The notes below the pieces were generated by a model, which worked only from the letters and a program-made list of their open reading frames with translations, was not told the DNA's origin and did no database searches. This document shows positions 12,910 through 25,764 of a stretch of 64,000 nt of DNA, in pieces; positions within the stretch are counted from its first letter, which is position 1, and the number at the start of each line of letters is the position of its first letter. The stretch is from Malacoraja senta (lineage: Eukaryota), in NCBI GenBank assembly GCA_038087875.1, contig JAXLNO010000446.1, positions 372,001 through 436,000 of the forward strand, written 5' to 3'. The position numbers and the translations under genes were made by a program.

Positions 12910-13580
12910 GCCCACACCCCCCCCCCCACACCGCCCCACACACCCCCCCCCACACACCCCCCCACACACACACACACACACACACATACACCCCCCACAT
13001 CCCTCACCCCACATCTCACACCCACACCCCCCCACATACACACCAGCCACCCCCCCCCACACCGCCCCACACACCCCCCCCACACACCCCCCACATCCCT
13101 CACCCCACATCTCACACCCACACCCCCCCACATACACACCAGCCACCCCACCCCCACACCCCCCCCACACCCCCCACACACACCCCCCGCCCACCCCACA
13201 TACCCCCCCACAACCCCCACACACACTCTCCCCCACACCCCCCAGCCTACACCCCCCCCACCCCCCATCACACACCCCCCTCACACACACCAATCACACC
13301 CCCCCAAACACCCCCCCCCACACACCACCCCCCCCCCCCACACACACCACCCCCCACCCCACATACCCACCTCACACCCCCCACACACACACACACACCC
13401 CACACACACACACACCCGCGCCCCCCCCCACACCCCCCCACACTCATGCCCCCCACTCATCCCCCCACACACATCCCCCACACCCCCCCCACATCTCCCC
13501 CCTACATCTCCCCCCACACCCCACACTCACACCCCCCCCACATCTCCCCCCCACACCCCCCCCCCACACCCCCCACCCCC
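12910..13580. repeat. C/A-rich low-complexity tract with an internal duplication of about 100 bp
   Basis: Directly visible. G-runs on the minus strand. Confidence 0.95.
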
Positions 13581-14029
13581 TGTCAGGCAGCATCTATGGA
13601 GGCAACTCTTCAGGTCAGTATCATTGTTCTGTTGTTTTGTTCCAAATCGTCGCCTGGCCAATCCTGCCACAGATGCTGCTTGACCTCTGAGTTCCTCCAG
13701 CACTTTGTGCTTTGTTTAAGATTCCATCATCTGCAGTTCCTTATGTCCCCCGCCCAAACGCTTGAGCAACCTCAAGAACCAGAGGACATAGATTTCGGAT
13801 GAGCAGGGAAAGGTCTAATAGGAACCCGAGGAGTAACATTTCCACACAGAGGGTGGTGGGTTTATGGAACAAGCTGGCGGAGGAGGGGCTCGAGGCAGGT
13901 CCTATAACAAGATTTAAAAGACTTTTGGACAGGTACATGGATAGAAACATAGATACATATAGGAAATGTTTCGAGGAACATGGGTCAAACGCGGGCAGGT
14001 GGGACTAGTGTAGATGGTGCATGTTGGTC

Positions 14030-14522
14030 GGGCAGCATCTGTGGCGAACATGGATAGGTGAGGTTTCACAGAGTGCTGGAGTAACTCAGCGGGTCAGGCA
14101 GCATCTGTGGAGAACATGGATAGGTGACGTTTCACAGAGTGCTGGAGTAACTCAGCGGGTCAGGCAGCATCTGTGGAGCGAAGGAAATGGGCAACCTTTC
14201 AGGCTGAAACCCTGAAGGAAATAGGCAACGTTTCGGGCCGAAACCCGGAAGGGTTTCGGCCGAAACGTTGCCTATTTCCTTCGCTCTATAGATGCTGCTG
14301 GAACATGGATAGGTGACGTTTCACAGAGTGCTGGAGTAACTCAGCGGGTCAGGCAGCATCTGTGGAGAACATGGATAGGTGACATTTCACAGAGTGCTGG
14401 AGTAACTCAGCGGGTCAGGCAGCATCTGTGGAGAACATGGATAGGTGACATTTCACAGAGTGCTGGAGTAACTCAGCGGGTCAGGCAGCATCTCTGGGGA
14501 ACATGGATCGGTGACGTTTCAC
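14030..14522 (+). repeat. 66-bp tandem array with an embedded hairpin cassette
   Basis: Unit gtgacgtttcacagagtgctggagtaactcagcgggtcaggcagcatctgtggagaacatggatag. Confidence 0.95.
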
Positions 14523-16291
14523 ACAGAGCGCTACCACTCCCGACACATTCCGGTCACATGGCAGTGGGCCAATTAACCTACAAACTCGCAAGTGTTTAGG
14601 ACGTGGGAGGAATGCGGAGTACCTGGAGTACCTGGAGAAGATGCAAACTGCGTGCAGGTGTGGATCATACCTGGAGCTCAGACACTGCAAGGTGACCCCA
14701 ACAATGGAGGCATCGACATGCCGCCCCGCAATAAAGAAGGAGTTGGAATGGGAATGATGTTGCTACTTCTCACTGAAAGATGCCACATGGAAACAGGCCC
14801 TGCAGCCCCCTCACCCCCCCCCCCCCCCAGCACACCAATCACACTCGTTCCATGCTATCCCATGTTCTCATCCACTCACTACACACTAAGTGGCAATTTA
14901 CAGAGGGACTATCAACCTATAAACACTCACGTCTTTGGGATGTGGGAGGAAACTGGAGCACCCGGAGGAAACCCATGTGGTCACAGGGAGAAGGTGCAAA
15001 CACCACATAGACAGCACCTGATGTAAATTACACTGGATGTTTAGGAAAGAACTGCAGATGCGGGGAAAATGTCACCTATTCCTTCGCTCCATAGATGCTG
15101 CCTCGCCTGCTGAGTTTCTGCAGCATTTTTGTCTAGCTTAAATTAGACTGGTTAATTTACAGAGGCCAATTAACCTGCAAAGCAGGATGGGATAAATGGG
15201 CTGAAGGGCCTCCTTTGCCTGTTGTATTCATTGTATTATTGTAACTAACAGTGAATGGTCCCAAGGGGATGATGTGGAGCAGAGTCATTGAGGAGAACAG
15301 TTACAGAGTTCCCAGAAAGTTGCTGATGTTGGTGAGGCCACATCCAGAGGTCAGATTGTGTTCACTTTTGGTCACCCTGTTCTGGGAACGATGTCGTCAA
15401 GCTGGAAAGGTGCAGAGAAGATTTACGAGGATGTTGCGAGGACTCGAGGGCCTGAGCTACAGGGAGAGGTTGGGGCAGGCTGGGACTCTATTCCTTGGAG
15501 CGCAGGAGGATGAGGGATGATCTAATAGGGGTGTACAAGGGAATAGATCGGGCGATTGCAATCTTTCACCCAAAGTAGGAGAATCAAGAACCAGAGGACA
15601 AAGGTTTAAGGTGAAAGGTTTAATAAGAACTTGAGAGGCAACCTGTTCACACAAAGGGTGGTGGGTGTATGGAACAAGCTGCCAGTGGTTGAGGGGTGGT
15701 GGGTGTATGGAACAAGCTGCCAGTGGTTGAGGCTGGGACTATTGCAACGTTTAAGAAACATTCAGACTGGTACATGGATAGGACACGTTTGGAGGGATAT
15801 GGGCCAAACATGGGCGTGGGACTAGTGTAGCTGGGGTAAGTGTTCGGCATGGACTAGAAGGGCCGAGATGGCCTGTTTCCATGCTGTAATTGTTATATGG
15901 TTATATGTTGGTCATTGTGGGCAAGTTGGGCCTGTTTCCGCACTGGGTGACTATGATTCTATGGCGGGGAATGGGACTAGTGTAGATGGGGCATGTTGGT
16001 CACCAGTTGGGCTGTCGGGCTTGATAGCAGACCTTGATTTGAATGCAACACAATCCATGCTGGGGTGTGGGACAGAGAGAGTGCACTGTGTCACAGTCAT
16101 GGATACACAACACCTCTAGTGTTGCTGCAGTGTGTCAGGTAATAGAAACATAGACAATAGGTGTAGGAGGAGGCCATTCGGCCCTTCGAGCCAGCACCGC
16201 CATTCAATGTGATCATGGCTGATCGTCCACAATCAATAACCCGTGCCTGCCTTCTCCCCATATCCCTTGATTCCACTAGCCCCTAGAGCTC

Positions 16292-17095
16292 TAGGGGGCG
16301 CTGACCTGTGTGCGGCTGCCCAGCCAACAGCTGTCTGTCCTTTCATCTTTTATTTTTTTTAGTTTAGTTAGTTAAGTGTTTTGTTTGGAGGTCTAGACTT
16401 TTTTGTGTGGGGGGGGGGGGGGAAACTACTTTTCAGGGTCCATACCTGGCCGGAGAGGCAGCTTTTCTCCGGGCTGCAACTTCGACCCGTCCTCGCGGCC
16501 TACCAGCGGGCCTGGAGCGGCGTTTCCTGTCGTGGACCGCCCAGAACCTCGGCTTCGGCGGCGGCGCAGTGCTGGAGCGCTATCGCGGAGCGGGCGATGC
16601 CTTGCCCGGGTCGCCTCGCTGGAACTCCGGTGAGCTGAGGATCGCTGGGGAAAACATCGCGGAGCTGCGGGACTGTGGAGCGACCAGCTGTGGGCGGCGG
16701 CGCTGAACTTGACACCGGGAGCCTGGGATCTCTAGATGAGATCGCCAGTTGTGGAGCTCCAACCGGCGCGGCCTTGTAGGCTTCGGAAGCCGCGGCCCCC
16801 AGTGCGGAAGCGGCCGTTCCAGGGTTCCCAGGCCGCTGGGAGGACTCTCCCGACGCCGGAGCAACATCGCCCGGCGAGAACGGCCTGGAGCATCGGGCCT
16901 CCGTAGAGGCAACTGTGGAGGCCTCAATGGGCCCGACTATGGGTGAACTGGGGTTGGAGACTGGACTTTGTGCCTTCCCTCATGGTGGGAGCCATTGTGG
17001 GGGGATGTTCAGTGTTAAGACTATCTTGGTGTTGTGTTTGTATTCTCTTTTTTTGTGTGCTGCATAATGGCAAGAAGCATTTCACTTCACTACAC
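16292..17095 (+). mobile_element. GC-rich interspersed repeat, copy B
   Basis: Begins TAGGGGGCGCTG. Shares blocks such as gaggatcgc, ggaagcggccg and cgacgccggagc with copy A. Confidence 0.75.
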
Positions 17096-18714
17096 CCGTA
17101 AGCAGTAGTTTTCAGAACCAAGGATAACTGACCGGTAATGTTAAATATCCGCCGAACTTCACAGCCAAGTATCTCTGGCTTCTTAAAATTTGTCTCCACT
17201 CCTTCTCCCCCTCTCCCCCCTCTTTTAAAGGACTTACCATACACTGTGCTTTAGCCATCTTAATTACAGCGCCAACCTTCCTGTTCATCGCGGTGTATGT
17301 CTGTATCACATTAGCTTTGCACCGTGTGAATTTTTTAGACCGCTCTCCCCCGGCTTGCCCTGTCCCCCGCCTGCATAACGGGCTGGTGAAAGAAGCGATG
17401 TGTGCGTGCGTGCGCGCGTTCGCGTTCCACTCTGACAGTCGCCGTTCCAGAAATATCGCCTAATTGGGACAGGCCCATTAAGAAGCAATAGACAGGTACA
17501 TGGATAGGACACATTTAGAGGGATGTGGCCCAAACTCAGGCAGGTGGGACAAGTGTAGCTGGGACATGTTGGTCGGTGTGGGCAAGTTGGGCCGAAGGGC
17601 CTGTTTCCAACCTGTATGACTATGTCATGGTAAGTTAAGGCTTGAGTTGAGTTTGACGAGTTTATTGTCACGTCTACCTCGCTTGTTGTTTGCCCCTTTG
17701 CACTTCCACCCTCTCCCAATAGTGGGGGTCACATCTCCACTTCACTTGTAGTTCATAGTTTATTGCCACGTGTACCGAGGTTCAGTGAGAAGCTTTTGTT
17801 GCGTGCTATCCCCTCAGCGGAAAGACAATACAGAATTACAATCGATCTGACCACAGTGTACAGATACAGGTTAAAGGGAATAACATGACCAGAATAATCC
17901 TGAACCTATGGGCGTTTCCTACAATGACCCTGATATTAATGTGACCCTTGTTTCATCACTGATCCAACGTGGTGATTGGACTCTGGAACAGTGGAGTGCA
18001 GCTGAGGTCCCATCCCTCTGGCCAGTGTGGTCCATGCGTCCAGTCCATGTCCCATCCCTCTGGCCAGTGCGGCTCTACAATGATCCAGCAATCACTCCCT
18101 CAGGCCAAAGGGGTTGAAGATATTCCAGGATTCAAGAACTGACCATCGACATATTCTGGCCATGTTGGATGACCGGCTGTGTTTTGGGCAACAGATTCAG
18201 CATGCTAATATGTCTCTGGAATGTCAGAGGGAGAACCTGAAAGAATTATCTAAAACTATGAGAGGCAGAGATAGGGTAGACACTCAGAACCTTTTCAGCA
18301 GGATGGAGATGTCCAGCACTAGAGGGTGTAGGTTTAAGGTGAGAGGGGCAAATTTTAATGGAGATGTTCCAAGCAAGTGTTTTACACGGGGTGGTGAGGA
18401 CCTGGAACGTGGTGGTGGAGGCAGATACGATAGTGGTGTTTAAGATAGGCATATGGATATGCAGGGAATAGAGGGATATGGATCATGTACAGGCAGATAA
18501 TGGCCTCATGTTAGGCACGGACATTGTGGGCCGAAGGGCCTGTCCTGTACTATTCTATGATCTGTGTTCTATGTCTGCTCTGTGAAGGGAGCTTGAATGA
18601 GCCCATGAATGCAGTGAATAGTTGTGTTTTAGAGAGACCTGCAAAGGTCCAGAGATGGAGATGAGGTCACGGTTCTGGTGGCGGTGAGCTTGCCTGCATC
18701 CGGGGGCGGTATGG

Positions 18715-20258
18715 CGGTGATAAGGTCCCACATCGGAGATTAGTGGGCAAAAGTAGGGCACATGGTATTGGGGGTAGTGCTGACATGGATAGAGAATTGG
18801 TTGGCAGACAGGAAACAAAGAGTAGGGATTAACAGGTCCCTTTCAGAATGGCAGGCAGTGACTAGTTGGGTACCGCAAGGCTCGGTGCTGGGACCGCAGC
18901 TATTTACAATATACATCAATGATTTGGATTAAGGGATTCAAAGTAACATTAGCAAATTTGCAGATGACACAAAGCTGGGTGGCAGTGTGAACAGTGAGGA
19001 GGATGCTATGAGATTGCAGGTGACTTGGACAGGTTGGGGGAGTGGGCAGATGCATGGCAGATGAAGTTTAATGCGGATAAATGTGAGGCTATTCACAAAA
19101 ACAGGAAGGCAGATTACTATCAAATGGCGTCAAATTGGGAAAAGGGGAAGTACAACGGGTTCTGGGGGTCCTTGTTCATCAGTCTATGAAAGTAAGCATG
19201 CAGGTACAGCAGGCAGTGAAGAAAGCGAATGGCATGTTGGCCTTTATAACAAGAGGAATCGAATATTGGAGCAAAGAGGTCCTTCTGCAGTTGTACAGAG
19301 CCCTAGTGAGACCACACCTGGAGTATTGTGTGCAGTTTTGGTCCCCTAATTTGAGGAAGGACATTCATGCTATTGAGGGAGTGCAGCGTAGGTTTACAAG
19401 GTTAATTCCTGGGATGGCGGGACTGTCGTATGCTGAGAGAATGGAGCGGCTGGGCTTGTACACTGGAGTTTAGAAGGGATCTCATTGAAACATATAAGAT
19501 TGTTAAGGGCTTGGACACACTGGAGGCAGGAAACATGTTCCCGATGTGGGGGAGTCCAGAACCAGGGGCCACAGTTTAAAAATAAGGAGTAAGCCATTTA
19601 GAACGGAGACGAGGAAACACTTTTTCTCACAGAGAGTTGTGAGTCTGGAATTCTCTGCCTCAGAGGGCGGAGGAGGCAGGTTCTCTGGATGCTTTCAAGA
19701 GAGAGGTAGATAGGGCTCTTAAAAATAGCGGAGTCAGTGGATATGGGGAGAAGGCAGGAACGGGGTACTGATTGGGGATGATCAGCCATGATCACATTGA
19801 ATCAGTGGCGGAAATCCCGGGGGGGCCAGGGGGGACATGTCCCCCCCCCTGCTTTGAGCGGTGGGTGGGGTACGATCCCCCCACAGCCAGCGCAGAGAAG
19901 CAGCGCTAAACCCAGCTCAACTCTGCCTGTCCCGCCAGGTTAACCTACAGCCCTGCCTGGACTTGCGGGAAATATGGCCCAGGTGTACAGCCAGCATGGA
20001 GAAGCAGCGCTGGTGTCCCGCCAGTCCAGGCAGGGCTGTAGGTTAACCCAGCGATACAGGCAGTGTTGAGCTGCATTTAGCGCTGGATTGAGCCTCCAAA
20101 GCCTCACATGTGTGTGTGAGTGTGCGCATGCGCGCACGGCCGCCAATAAATTGTGTCCCCCGGTCCCTCCATATTTTGATAGTGATTTCCGTCACTGCAT
20201 TGAAAGGCGGTGCTGGCTCGAAGGGCCGAATGGCCTACTCCTGCACCTATTGTCTATT
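18715..20258 (+). mobile_element. CR1-type LINE 3' fragment (RT to tail) with a hAT-type insertion in the tail
   Basis: [15 protein letters not shown] and RPHLEYCVQFWSP motifs. Tail ends ctcctgcacctattgtctattg. Confidence 0.9.
19803..20197. mobile_element. Non-autonomous hAT-type DNA transposon (395 bp)
   Basis: TIRs CAGTGGCGGAAATC / GATTTCCGTCACTG and an 8-bp TSD CATTGAAT / CATTGAAA. Removing it restores the CR1 tail. Confidence 0.85.
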
Positions 20259-20262
20259 GTGA

Positions 20263-21436
20263 GCTTGCCTGTGTCTGGGGCACTGTGGCAGTCAGCCTGC
20301 CTGTGTCTGGGGCACTGGCGGTCAGCTTGCCTGTGTCTGGGGCACTGTGGCGGTCAGCTTGCCTGTGTCTGGGGCACTGTGGCGGTCAGCTTGTCTGGGG
20401 CACTGTGGCGGTCAGCTTGCCTGTGTCTGGGGCACTGTGGCGGTCAGCTTGCCTGTGTCTGGGGCACTGGCGGTCAGCTTGCCTGTGTCTGGGGCACTGT
20501 GGCAGTCAGCCTGCCTGTGTCTGGGGCACTGGCGGTCAGCTTGCCTGTGTCTGGGGCACTGTGGCGGTCAGCTTGCCTGTGTCTGGGGCACTGTGGCGGT
20601 CAGCTTGTCTGGGGCACTGTGGCGGTCAGCTTGCCTGTGTCTGGGGCACTGTGGCGGTCAGCTTGCCTGTGTCTGGGGCACTGGCGGTCAGTTTGCCTGT
20701 GTCTGGGGCACTGTGGCGGTCAGCTTGCCTGTGTCTGGGACACTGGCGGTCAGCTTGCCTGTGTCTGGGGCACTGTGGCGGTCAGCTTGCCTGTGTCTGG
20801 GACACTGGCGGTCAGCTTGCCTGTGTCTGGGACACTGGCGGTCAGCTTGCCTGTGTCTGGGACACTGGCGGTCAGCTTGCCTGTGTCTGGGACACTGGCG
20901 GTCAGCTTGCCTGTGTCTGGGACACTGGCGGTCAGCTTGCCTGTGTCTGGGGCACTGTGGCGGTCAGCTTGCCTGTGTCTGGGACACTGGCGGTCAGCTT
21001 GCCTGTGTCTGGGACACTGGCGGTCAGCTTGCCTGTGTCTGGGGCACTGTGGCGGTCAGCTTGCCTGTGTCGGGCACTGTGGCGGTCAGCTTGCCTGTGT
21101 CTGGGGCACTGTGGCGGTCAGCTTGCCTGTGTCTGGGACACTGGCGGTCAGCTTGCCTGTGTCTGGGACACTGGCGGTCAGCTTGCCTGTGTCTGGGACA
21201 CTGGCGGTCAGCTTGCCTGTGTCTGGGACACTGGCGGTCAGCTTGCCTGTGTCTGGGGCACTGTGGCGGTCAGCTTGCCTGTGTTTGGGACACTGGCGGT
21301 CAGCTTGCCTGTGTCTGGGACACTGGCGGTCAGCTTGCCTGTGTCTGGGACACTGGCGGTCAGCTTGCCTGTGTCTGGGGCACTGTGGCGGTCAGCTTGC
21401 CTGTGTCCGGGGCACTGTGGCGGTCAGCTTGCCTGC
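20263..21436. repeat. 30/32-bp GC-rich minisatellite
   Basis: Units gcttgcctgtgtctggggcactgtggcggtca (32 bp) and gcttgcctgtgtctgggacactggcggtca (30 bp), with occasional shorter deletion variants. Confidence 0.97.
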
Positions 21437-22787
21437 GTTGCTATAGGCAGGGGATCAGGAGATTGTAGTGAAGGCATCTTCTGTGGTCTTCATAACCCAT
21501 TGGGTAGGAAGTTGTAAGTCACCCTGACCTCGACTTTGCTGATGTAGGAGCAAGCTTGTTCATCACATATCTCAGCCAGGATAACACAGAACATGTTTAG
21601 TTTATTTAGTTCTCTTTAGTTTATTGTCACGTGTACCAAGGTACAGTGAAAAGCTTTTATTGCGTGCTCTCCAGTCAGCAGAAAGACAATACATGATTAC
21701 AATCTAGCTATTTACAGCGTATAGATACTGGATAAGGGAATAACGTTTAGTGCAAGGAAAGCTAGAAAGGTTAACGTAGAAAATAGGTGCAGGAGGAGGA
21801 GGCCATTTGGCCCTTCCAGCCTGCACCAGGTTTGATCAAGGATAGTCTGAGGGTCTCCAATGAGGTAGATAGTAGTTCAGCACTGCTCTCTGGTTGTGGT
21901 AGGATGGTTTAGTTGCCCGATAACAGCTGGGAAGAAGCTGTCTGTGAATCTGGAATAATACTAATATTGATATATTTTCTTGTGATGATACTAATGTCCC
22001 TGTAATTCCGCTCCTGTATGAGAATGTGGGTCGTTGCTCCGTACATATGCAGCTGGAGGTGTTTATAGCAGACGCCAGCCGGCCGCTGTTGTAGACCATG
22101 GAGAGCTGGGGAGGCCCGGCAGCCTTTCAAGGTCAGATAGCCGCATACCACTGTGGACCGGCTAAAAATACCCCAGTGATTTCTGAGCATATTAGTCTGA
22201 AGAAAGGTCTCCACCCGAAACGTCACCCATTCCTTCTCTCCAGAGATGCTGCCTGTCCCGCTGAGTTACTCCAGCATTTTGTGTCTATCCTCAGTCAGCC
22301 TGCAGACAGTGTATGTCCCACCGAGCCAGCCCCCAGCCCCCAGCCAGCCCCCAGCGGATAACAGTACACGTTATGAATCTAGCGTGAAGAATGTTTCCTG
22401 TTAATGTCCAGTCCGCCCTCAGTCACTATGTTTAATATTTCCCCTGTACGCTGGTTGTAACCTGATTCATATTCCCCCCACCAGTGAATGGTAAAGAGGT
22501 GTTTGCGAGCTGTCTGCACCGTTTATTGCGCTTCACTGCTGTAAAGCTGCCTGCTATTGCCGTCTGGCAGAGTTTGTGAAGCATTGTCCCAGAGGGCCGG
22601 CTTGCAATCAGGCCCAGAACAGAGATCACCGGGGTATTTCCTCCAGCTTAGCTTTGTAGAGAGGTGGAGTACGATCAGGAAACTATCAACTCATTCCCTG
22701 ATGGACCTGTATTGACGACATAAAACGGCTCTGGATTCTCAGTTTCTCTGCTGCTGTTATCCAGCACAAAGACATCTTCAGGTGGGG

Positions 22788-23200
22788 GGAGAACATGGAT
22801 AGGTGACGTTTCACAGAGTGCTGGAGTAACTCAGCGGGTCAGGCAGCATCTGTGGAGAACATGGATAGGTGACGTTTCACAGAGTGCTGGAGTAACTCAG
22901 CGGGTCAGGCAGCATCTGTGGAGAACATGGATAGGTGACGTTTCACAGAGTGCTGGAGTAACTCAGCGGGTCAGGCAGCATCTGTGGAGCGAAGGAAATG
23001 GGCAACCCTTTCGGGCCGAAACCCTGAAGGAAATAGGCAACGTTTGGGCCGAAACCCGGAAGGGTTTCGGGCCGAAACGTTGCCTATTTCCTTCGCTCTA
23101 TAGATGCTGCCGGAACATGGATAGGTGACGTTTCACAAAGTGCTGGAGTAACTCAGCGGGTCAGGCAGCATCTGTGGAGAACATGGATAGATGACGTTTC
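22788..23200 (+). repeat. 66-bp tandem array with an embedded hairpin cassette
   Basis: Same unit and same cassette as 14030-14522. Confidence 0.95.
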
Positions 23201-23397
23201 CGGTTAGGACCCTTTCTAAGACAGTCAAAAGCTTTGTTTGCAGGCTATCTGATCAGATAATACTATACGTACAATATAATTACTATACAATCAAGTCAAA
23301 CTCAAGTACAACAGATAGAGCAAAGGGGATGATACAGAGTGCAATCTTAATGGATAATAACTTGAGACAGGTACATGGATAGGATAGGTTTATAGGT

Positions 23398-24478
23398 TAC
23401 AAACCTACCGACTCCCATGGCTATCTGGACTACACTTCTTCCCACCCTGCTTCCTGTAAGGACTCCATCCCCTACTCCCAATTCCTCCGTCTACGCCGCA
23501 TCTGCTCCCAGGATGAGGCGTTCCACACCAGGGCATCTGAAATGTTCCTCATTCTTCAGGGAACGGGGATTCCCCTCCTCCACCATAGATGAGGCTCGCA
23601 CCAGGGTCTCTGCCATACCCCGCAACACTGCTCTCTCTCCCCATCCCGCCACTTACAACAAGGGCCAGAGTCCCCCTAGTCCTCACCTTTCACCCCACCA
23701 GCCGTCACATACATCAAGTGATCCTCCGTCAGTTTCGCCACCTCCAATGTGACCCCACCACTCGCCACATCTTCCCATCTCCCCCCATGTCTGCCTTCCA
23801 CAAAGACCGCTCCCTCCGTAACTCCCTTGTCAATTCTTCCCTTCCCTCCCGTACCACCCCCTCCTTCCCTGGTACTTTCCCTTGCAACTGCAAGAGATGC
23901 AACACTTGTCCCTTCACCTCCCCCTCGACTCCATTCAAGGACCCAAGCAGTCGTTCCAGGTGCGACAGAGGTTCACCTGCATCTCCTCCAACCTCATCTA
24001 TTGCATCCGCTGCTCTAGATGCCAGCTGATCTACATCGGTGAGACCAAGCGGAGGCTTGGCGATCGTTTCGCCGAACACCTCCGGTCGGTCCGCAATAAC
24101 GAACCTGACCTCCCGGTGGCTCAGCACTTCAACTCCCCCTCCCATTCCGTATCTGACCTCTCTGTCCTGGGTCTCCTCCATGGCCACAGCGAGCAACACC
24201 GGAAATTGGAGGAAATGCACCTCATATTCCGCTTGGGCAGCCTACATCCTGGGGGCTTGAACATTGAATTCTCCCAATTCTGCTAGCCCTTGCTGTCCCC
24301 TCCCCTTCATCAGCCCTCTGGTTGTCTCCTCCCCTCCCTTCCTCCTCCGCCTTTTTTCCTTTCTTCTCCCCACCCCTATCAGTCTGAAGAAGGGTTTCGC
24401 CCGAAACGTTGCCTATTTCCTTCGCTCCATAGATGCTGCTGCACCCCGCTGAGTTTCTCCAGCATTTTTGTGTACCTT
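23398..24478 (+). mobile_element. Penelope-like element 3' part (RT thumb, GIY-YIG endonuclease, tail)
   Basis: YKPTDSHGYLDYTSSHP...IPYSQFLRLRRICS, then FTCISSNLIYCIRCSRCQLIYIGETKRRLGDRFAEH...HFN...GLNIEF* (frameshifted). The tail has CTGAAGA...GAAAC. Confidence 0.9.
24384..24410 (+). ncRNA. Hammerhead-like motif at the 3' end of the Penelope fragment
   Basis: CTGAAGAAGGGTTTCGCCCGAAACGTT, about 100 nt after the GIY-YIG stop codon. Confidence 0.6.
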
Positions 24479-25764
24479 AGGTTATGAGGGATATGGGCCA
24501 AACAGACAGGTGGAACTAATGTAGACAGGGCATGTTGGTCAGCGTGGGCAAGTTGGGCCGAAGGGCCTGTTTCTGTGCTGTACGAGTCAATGACTCCAAT
24601 ACACACATAAATACAATCAAGTCGAACTCCAGTCCAATAGGTGGAGCAAAGGGGAAGATACAGAGTGCAGAATATAGTTCTCAGCATTGTAGCGCATCAG
24701 TTCCACAGACAAAGTCCAATGTCCGCAATGGGGTCGAGGTGAAAATAAAGCTGTCACTGTTGCTTGGTACATGTGACAATAATAAATTCAATCTAAAGCT
24801 CGGCAGGGATGGCTATCTGGTGAACTTTTGTAACTCTCAGCGCCAAAAGGTGGCAACACTTCCTGGGTGAGGCTTTCTACATGATTTTACAGTGATGTCT
24901 GATTTACTGGATTCACTGGCCACTAGGTACATGTGACAAAGTCTCACTGAATCATTGAACTGAAAGATAGATCAGCCATGATTGGATTGGTGGATTAGAC
25001 ACGATGGGCCAAATGGCCTAATTCTGCTCCAATGACGAACACAATGGTCTCGACCCAAAACGCCACCCATTCATTCTATCCAGAGATGCTGCCTGTCCCA
25101 CTGAGTTACTCCAGCATTTTGTGTCCATCTGATTAGTCTGAAGAAGGGTCTCGACCCAAAACGTCACCTATTCCTTCACTCCACAGATGCTGCCTCACCC
25201 GCTGAGTTACTCCAGCATTTTGTGTCCATCTGATCAGGGTTTGAAATCCCATTGTGTGGTGCTCTAAGGGTTAATATCTCTACATCCCAAACAGGGAAAG
25301 GAAGAGTGTTGAGCAGTCGGCTAATATTTGCACAGTGTCACTTCAAGGTCAGGGGCTTTAGAAGTCTGAATACCTTTCTTAAAGTTGTCAAATTGAACAA
25401 ATAATCACTTAAAGTGCCAGGAAGCTGGAAGGCTGCCTTGATGTGCCTGAGTCATTACAGTGTGGGGCTTGTTAACAAGTCGGGTCATCTGGCTGTAATG
25501 CAGGGAGCGTGAAACCCAGGAGCCAAACATGGCCACTGACCTCTATAAAAGGCACGATTGTTTTACCCTGGAGAAAGACAGGAAGGCGAGGGAACTCAGG
25601 AAGTTTAAAGGGAATCCTCAGTCGCGGTATTGAGTATAGAAGTTGGGATGTTATGTCACACTTGTACAAGTTGTGGGTGAGGATGCATTTGCAGTATTGG
25701 GACTTTTAAAAACATCCCACCTTCCTGACGTTTTCCTTCAAACAACCTAATCCAATCAACTTGG

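Noticed and set aside
12847..13802. Pro/His/Thr-rich (extensin-like) and Gly-rich ORFs
   Set aside because: Low-complexity C/A tract with no splice or homology support.
16292..16303. TAGGGGGCGCTG as a CTCF site (also 34564-34575)
   Set aside because: Matches only the 3' half of the motif and lacks the upstream CC. It is part of a repeat head.
20088..21517. Three long ORFs (373-452 aa)
   Set aside because: Open in all three frames because the 30/32-bp unit has no stop codon on this strand.
21950..22190. Unique segment with open frames on the minus strand as a possible exon (WDR17, ASB5, SPATA4)
   Set aside because: No frame resembles those proteins as I recall them. The same applies to unique stretches at 2050-2540, 3010-3540, 11050-11460, 17900-18240 and 29000-29420.
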